Below, piece by piece: positions 60,989 to 64,000 of a stretch of DNA of 64,000 bases. Location of the stretch: positions 36,538 through 100,537 of IMG/VR virus record IMGVR_UViG_3300029711_000003; one strand, written 5' to 3'. The notes beneath the pieces were generated by a model. The model searched no databases and was not told the DNA's origin. It worked only from the letters and a program-made list of their open reading frames with translations. The DNA is from a virus. Numbering within the stretch: the stretch's first letter is position 1; the number at the start of each line of letters is the position of its first letter. The translations under genes and the position numbers were made by a program.

Positions 60989-61747
60989 ATGGAATTAGAC
61001 AGCGTATTAAAGAAACTGAGAAAACTTCAAAAGTTGTATGAAGGTGCTAAGAAGATAAACTCAGAGGGTGAAGCATTAGCAGCCGCAGCGGCAATCCAAA
61101 GACTTCTTACTATGTACAATTTATCAATGGATGAAATTGGCAAAGAAGAAGAACGGAAAGATGAAATCTTGGAAGAGAAGATGAGCGGATACACTTACAA
61201 GAGTATCGGTGGTGAGTGGGAGTTCCGTTTGTTGTATGTTCTTTGCAAGTGGAATTTTTGCAAATGCTTTCAAATGGGCGGAACATACAAGAAGCTGATA
61301 ATTTTCGGCAAAAAGGAAAACATGGAAACCGTTAAGTGGTTGCGCGATGTGCTTGCTGAGAGATTTGTAGAATTTTCCAAGAAGCGTTTCAAGGAATACA
61401 AGGAAACTATGGAATATGCTATGAAGCCTATCAGCTTGGATAAGTATCAGAGAAGTTACCTCATGGGATGCGCAGCTGGGCTGGATGCTAAACTGAAAGA
61501 AGAAAGTGACCGAGATAAGAAAGAAGATGCTGATTTCAGTGCAAAGGTTACTGCCCTTGTGGTTCGTAATGATACGGCTGTTACGGAGTATATTCATAAC
61601 AAATATCACGTAGGAAGGGGAAGGAGAAGACAAGAGAATTATGATTCAGCAAGAGCTTACGGATACAAAGACGGTAAGAATACCAGTATCAACAGACCGA
61701 TTTCAGGAGGTCAAGCTCAAGCAAGTAAAGTTGGGCTGTTAAAATAA
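60989..61747 (+). CDS. DUF2786-like protein
   Basis: 252 aa. N-terminal LKKLRKLQKLYEGAKKINSEGEALAAAAAIQRLLTMYNLSMDEI fits the KI.KLLAL......NEAE.A..KAQ.L pattern. Confidence 0.45.
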   Translation: MELDSVLKKLRKLQKLYEGAKKINSEGEALAAAAAIQRLLTMYNLSMDEIGKEEERKDEILEEKMSGYTYKSIGGEWEFRLLYVLCKWNFCKCFQMGGTYKKLIIFGKKENMETVKWLRDVLAERFVEFSKKRFKEYKETMEYAMKPISLDKYQRSYLMGCAAGLDAKLKEESDRDKKEDADFSAKVTALVVRNDTAVTEYIHNKYHVGRGRRRQENYDSARAYGYKDGKNTSINRPISGGQAQASKVGLLK

Positions 61748-61764
61748 ATTCCATATGTTTGATT

Positions 61765-61805
61765 CTATGGGGGTTGTCCTTCGGGGCAGTCCCCATAGTT
61801 TGTTT
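61765..61805 (+). terminator. rho-independent terminator
   Basis: CTATGGGG...TTCG...CCCCATAG extended stem, then TTTGTTTT. Confidence 0.75.
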
Positions 61806-61843
61806 TATCAAGTATAATAGTCTTATGTAACAAATAATTTCAT

Positions 61844-62611
61844 ATGATAGGCATAATATACAAATTCACTATCTTGACCAGTTTGAAGTATTTTGGTCAC
61901 AAACCATTCTACGTTGGACAATTTTCTCGCAATGTTTCAATGGAACAATTTTTGAGAAATGATTGTTTTGTTTATGACGGTAGCGGTAAGACTTGGGAAA
62001 GATTTTATGAAGGACTAAGAAGAAAGTTTCCAACTTGCTGGAGAAAGTTAATCAAAAGAGAAATATTGTTTTATTCAAATAATTGCTCTCAAAAAGTTCT
62101 TGACGCTATGGAAGCGTATTACATCAAGAAAGAGAAAGCGCATTATTCATACAAGTTAGGAGGCTGTAATATATTATGGGGCACCGCTAATAAGTTCGGT
62201 TCAGGAAGCCCAATGAAAGACCCAATGGTTGCTAAGAAGGTTACTGATAAGATAAAAGGAAGAAAGGGTGCTAAGCGTTCTGCTATTGGAAGAATGAATA
62301 TGTCAATAGCTGCAAAGAAGTCTTGGAAAAATGCAGAAAGCAGAAGAAAGAAAGTTTCAAATGCTATATCTGAATATATGAGAAATGGTGGAGCAAAGAA
62401 ATTATCGAATGAAAGAAAAGGCAAAAAATTTTCTATTGAAACGAGAATGAAAATATCAAAAAATCATGCTGATTTCAAAGCTTCAAAACATCCGTTATTC
62501 GGTGTTAAGTATGACTGGATAAATAATGGTGTAATCAACAAAAGGTTAAACAAAGGTGATAAAATGCCAGCAGGGTTTATTTATGGTAGAATTAAAAGAA
62601 AGAAAATATGA
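61844..62611 (+). CDS. GIY-YIG homing endonuclease with NUMOD3-like repeats (Seg/I-TevI-like)
   Basis: 255 aa. GIIYKFT...PFYVGQ (GIY-YIG). Conserved Glu in LDAMEAYYI, Asn in GGCNILWG. Repeated basic DNA-binding motifs (GSPMKDPMVAKKVTDKIKGRKG, FSIETRMKISKNH). Confidence 0.7.
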   Translation: MIGIIYKFTILTSLKYFGHKPFYVGQFSRNVSMEQFLRNDCFVYDGSGKTWERFYEGLRRKFPTCWRKLIKREILFYSNNCSQKVLDAMEAYYIKKEKAHYSYKLGGCNILWGTANKFGSGSPMKDPMVAKKVTDKIKGRKGAKRSAIGRMNMSIAAKKSWKNAESRRKKVSNAISEYMRNGGAKKLSNERKGKKFSIETRMKISKNHADFKASKHPLFGVKYDWINNGVINKRLNKGDKMPAGFIYGRIKRKKI

Positions 62612-63582
62612 ATATATTGATAGATGGTAACTACGCATACCATAAAGCGTTTTCAGTATTTTCAACATATTATAAGGGTCAAGATTTAGAAGAAGTAATG
62701 TCTGACCCTGAAAAGCAACAAGTTCTTATAAGAAAATGTATAATAGATATTTGTTCAGCAATTCGTAGATTTAATAATGTTGAAAGAGTAGCGGTTGTTA
62801 TAGATAGTCATTCGTGGCGTTACAATTTCTACGATGACTATAAGTACGCACTTACAAGAGTCAGAGACCCATATTACAAGCATTTCCTGACCGTTTTAGA
62901 TATGTTTGAAGCCTTACTAAGGAAGAAGGGTTTGATAGTCAGTAGAGTCATGGGAGCAGAGGGTGATGATTTGCTTTATGTTTGGGCATTGTACTTCGGT
63001 TATTGTTTAGATGAAGAGTTGGTCATCATCACGGGTGATTCAGATATTCGTCAAATCATGACTAAGAACGTAGCGTTGTTTAACAACAACTCAAAGAATT
63101 TGAAGATGTATTGCACTCCTGAAAGGGAAGTATTTTGGAATGAATATCTTGAAACCGATGTTCAGGTAATAGCTACGAAACCATTTGAGGTATTGTTATA
63201 CAAAGTCATCATGGGTGATACGTCTGATAACATACCGAAGTTGAAGTCAGGTTTTGGACCAAAGGCATTTGAGAAATTCATTGATTTCATTTCTCCTTAT
63301 GACGAGCCGAAGAATGTTGAGCTTGTAGAAATGGCTCAATGGATTGCTTCACGTTTCTCTGATTTCACAAAGATGAAGTATGAGGATGTTTTAGGAAAGG
63401 TTTTATTCAACCTGAAGATGACTTGGCTCAACCTTTCAGTGTATAACAATACCGATTATCGGACTAAGAACGGCAAGAGCCTTCTTGAGAATATGCTTGA
63501 CGATGTTAACAACCAAAAGGATAATTACAGTTATAAAGGTGAATATACATTGGAAAGTTTTTACGGCATGATAATTAAATAG
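62608..63582 (+). CDS. 5-prime to 3-prime exonuclease / flap endonuclease (T4 RNase H-like)
   Basis: 324 aa. GAEGDDLLY, ITGDSDIRQI, VIMGDTSDNIPKL. Confidence 0.8.
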   Translation: MNILIDGNYAYHKAFSVFSTYYKGQDLEEVMSDPEKQQVLIRKCIIDICSAIRRFNNVERVAVVIDSHSWRYNFYDDYKYALTRVRDPYYKHFLTVLDMFEALLRKKGLIVSRVMGAEGDDLLYVWALYFGYCLDEELVIITGDSDIRQIMTKNVALFNNNSKNLKMYCTPEREVFWNEYLETDVQVIATKPFEVLLYKVIMGDTSDNIPKLKSGFGPKAFEKFIDFISPYDEPKNVELVEMAQWIASRFSDFTKMKYEDVLGKVLFNLKMTWLNLSVYNNTDYRTKNGKSLLENMLDDVNNQKDNYSYKGEYTLESFYGMIIK

Positions 63583-63590
63583 CATGAATT

Positions 63591-63776
63591 ATGAAAAGAA
63601 AGATTATCTTTATTGCAATCATTGTTGTGATAGTCATAGCAATATTGCTGTTTGCTCACTACGCTCCAGTTTGGGTTTCAATAACTAATTTGGTAGCGTT
63701 GGCTGTCGGTGTTGTTTTAGGTTGGATTGCTAATGTAGCATACAACAAGTTCGTAAAAGGAAAAACGGAGGAATGA
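63591..63776 (+). CDS. small membrane protein (2 TM)
   Basis: 61 aa. IIFIAIIVVIVIAILLF and LVALAVGVVLGWIANV. Confidence 0.5.
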   Translation: MKRKIIFIAIIVVIVIAILLFAHYAPVWVSITNLVALAVGVVLGWIANVAYNKFVKGKTEE

Positions 63777-63778
63777 GT

Positions 63779-64000
63779 ATGAACGACATTGAGAAAGCAA
63801 TTAAGGATGCCCGAGCAGCTCAGGTAGGTCGCATCTACGGAACATTTCAGAATGCTAAGGAAGTAACCGTTGATGAGAATGGAATTCAAAAAGCTGATGA
63901 CGGAGAGGTTGAAAAATCTGACATCATGAACGCTTTGTCTTATCAGGGTGAAATCAAGGTATCGAAAACTGGTAAGGAAATTAAACAGCAAGTTGACGAT
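63779..64000 (+). CDS. hypothetical protein (partial; runs off the window end)
   Basis: ATG 63779, 2 nt after the previous TGA. Open for 74 codons to base 64000 (MNDIEKAIKDARAAQVGRIYGTF...). Absent from the track because no stop falls in the window. Confidence 0.5.
   Translation, partial: MNDIEKAIKDARAAQVGRIYGTFQNAKEVTVDENGIQKADDGEVEKSDIMNALSYQGEIKVSKTGKEIKQQVDD

Noticed and set aside
1-64000. Genome-wide stop-codon reassignment (TAG or TGA recoding, as reported for some gut phages)
   Set aside because: TAA, TAG and TGA all terminate motif-supported genes at sensible positions. Coding density is already near-complete with the standard code. Only two isolated in-frame stops (40964 TGA, 60528 TAA) are odd, and they are reported separately.
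1-64000. Prophage or integrative-element interpretation
   Set aside because: No integrase, repressor/antirepressor pair, att-like flanking repeats or bacterial housekeeping genes are present. The content is uniformly phage-like and unidirectional, consistent with a virulent or at least non-integrated genome segment.

Overview
AT-rich, gene-dense 64-kb segment of a large tailed dsDNA phage. Every credible gene (about 90) is on the + strand. The code is standard: TAA, TAG and TGA all terminate genes. Many junctions are ATGA/TAATG-coupled. Gene order: (1) 1-14 kb, end of a contractile-tail baseplate/fibre module: hub/spike-like, gp25-like and baseplate-J-like genes, then several fibre proteins including a 928-aa fibre with a C-terminal SGNH esterase. 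(2) 14.5-37 kb, T4-style replication/recombination block: SF2 helicase, DnaB-like helicase, primase, sigma-like factor, ThyA-family enzyme, DnaE-type Pol III alpha, HD nucleotidase, UvsY-like, gp32-like SSB, UvsX/RecA-like, Mre11/Rad50-like, RuvC-like, second sigma-like factor, UvrD-like helicase. (3) 37-53 kb, small accessory ORFs: HU, DnaQ-like exonuclease, DUF551/DUF3846-like proteins, small membrane proteins. (4) Large terminase interrupted by a LAGLIDADG intein in its P-loop, then dUTPase, a ferritin-like protein and a class II-like RNR. (5) Three BACON/Ig-like ORFs. (6) DUF2786-like gene, free-standing GIY-YIG homing endonuclease, FEN/RNase H. I infer a Bacteroidota host from three things: Bacteroides-type -33 TTTG / -7 TAnnTTTG promoter cassettes, BACON domains, and scarce Shine-Dalgarno sequences. 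I saw no tRNA, rRNA, CRISPR, integrase or lysogeny genes. Most notable: (a) three consecutive ORFs whose boundaries each cut a BACON-type domain in half, one junction being a single in-frame TAA; (b) a self-contained two-gene cassette encoding a peptide with a (Gly-Cys)n tail plus a Cys-containing beta-rich partner; (c) no GATC found anywhere in my manual read of the 64 kb; (d) two families of repeated terminator-promoter cassettes, a 12-nt periodic ATYGTAAA repeat abutting start codons, and two phage sigma-like genes; (e) a divergent ThyA-family enzyme with an HD nucleotidase and dUTPase, compatible with modified thymidine. All functional calls rest on motifs read by eye and on synteny. No database search was run.
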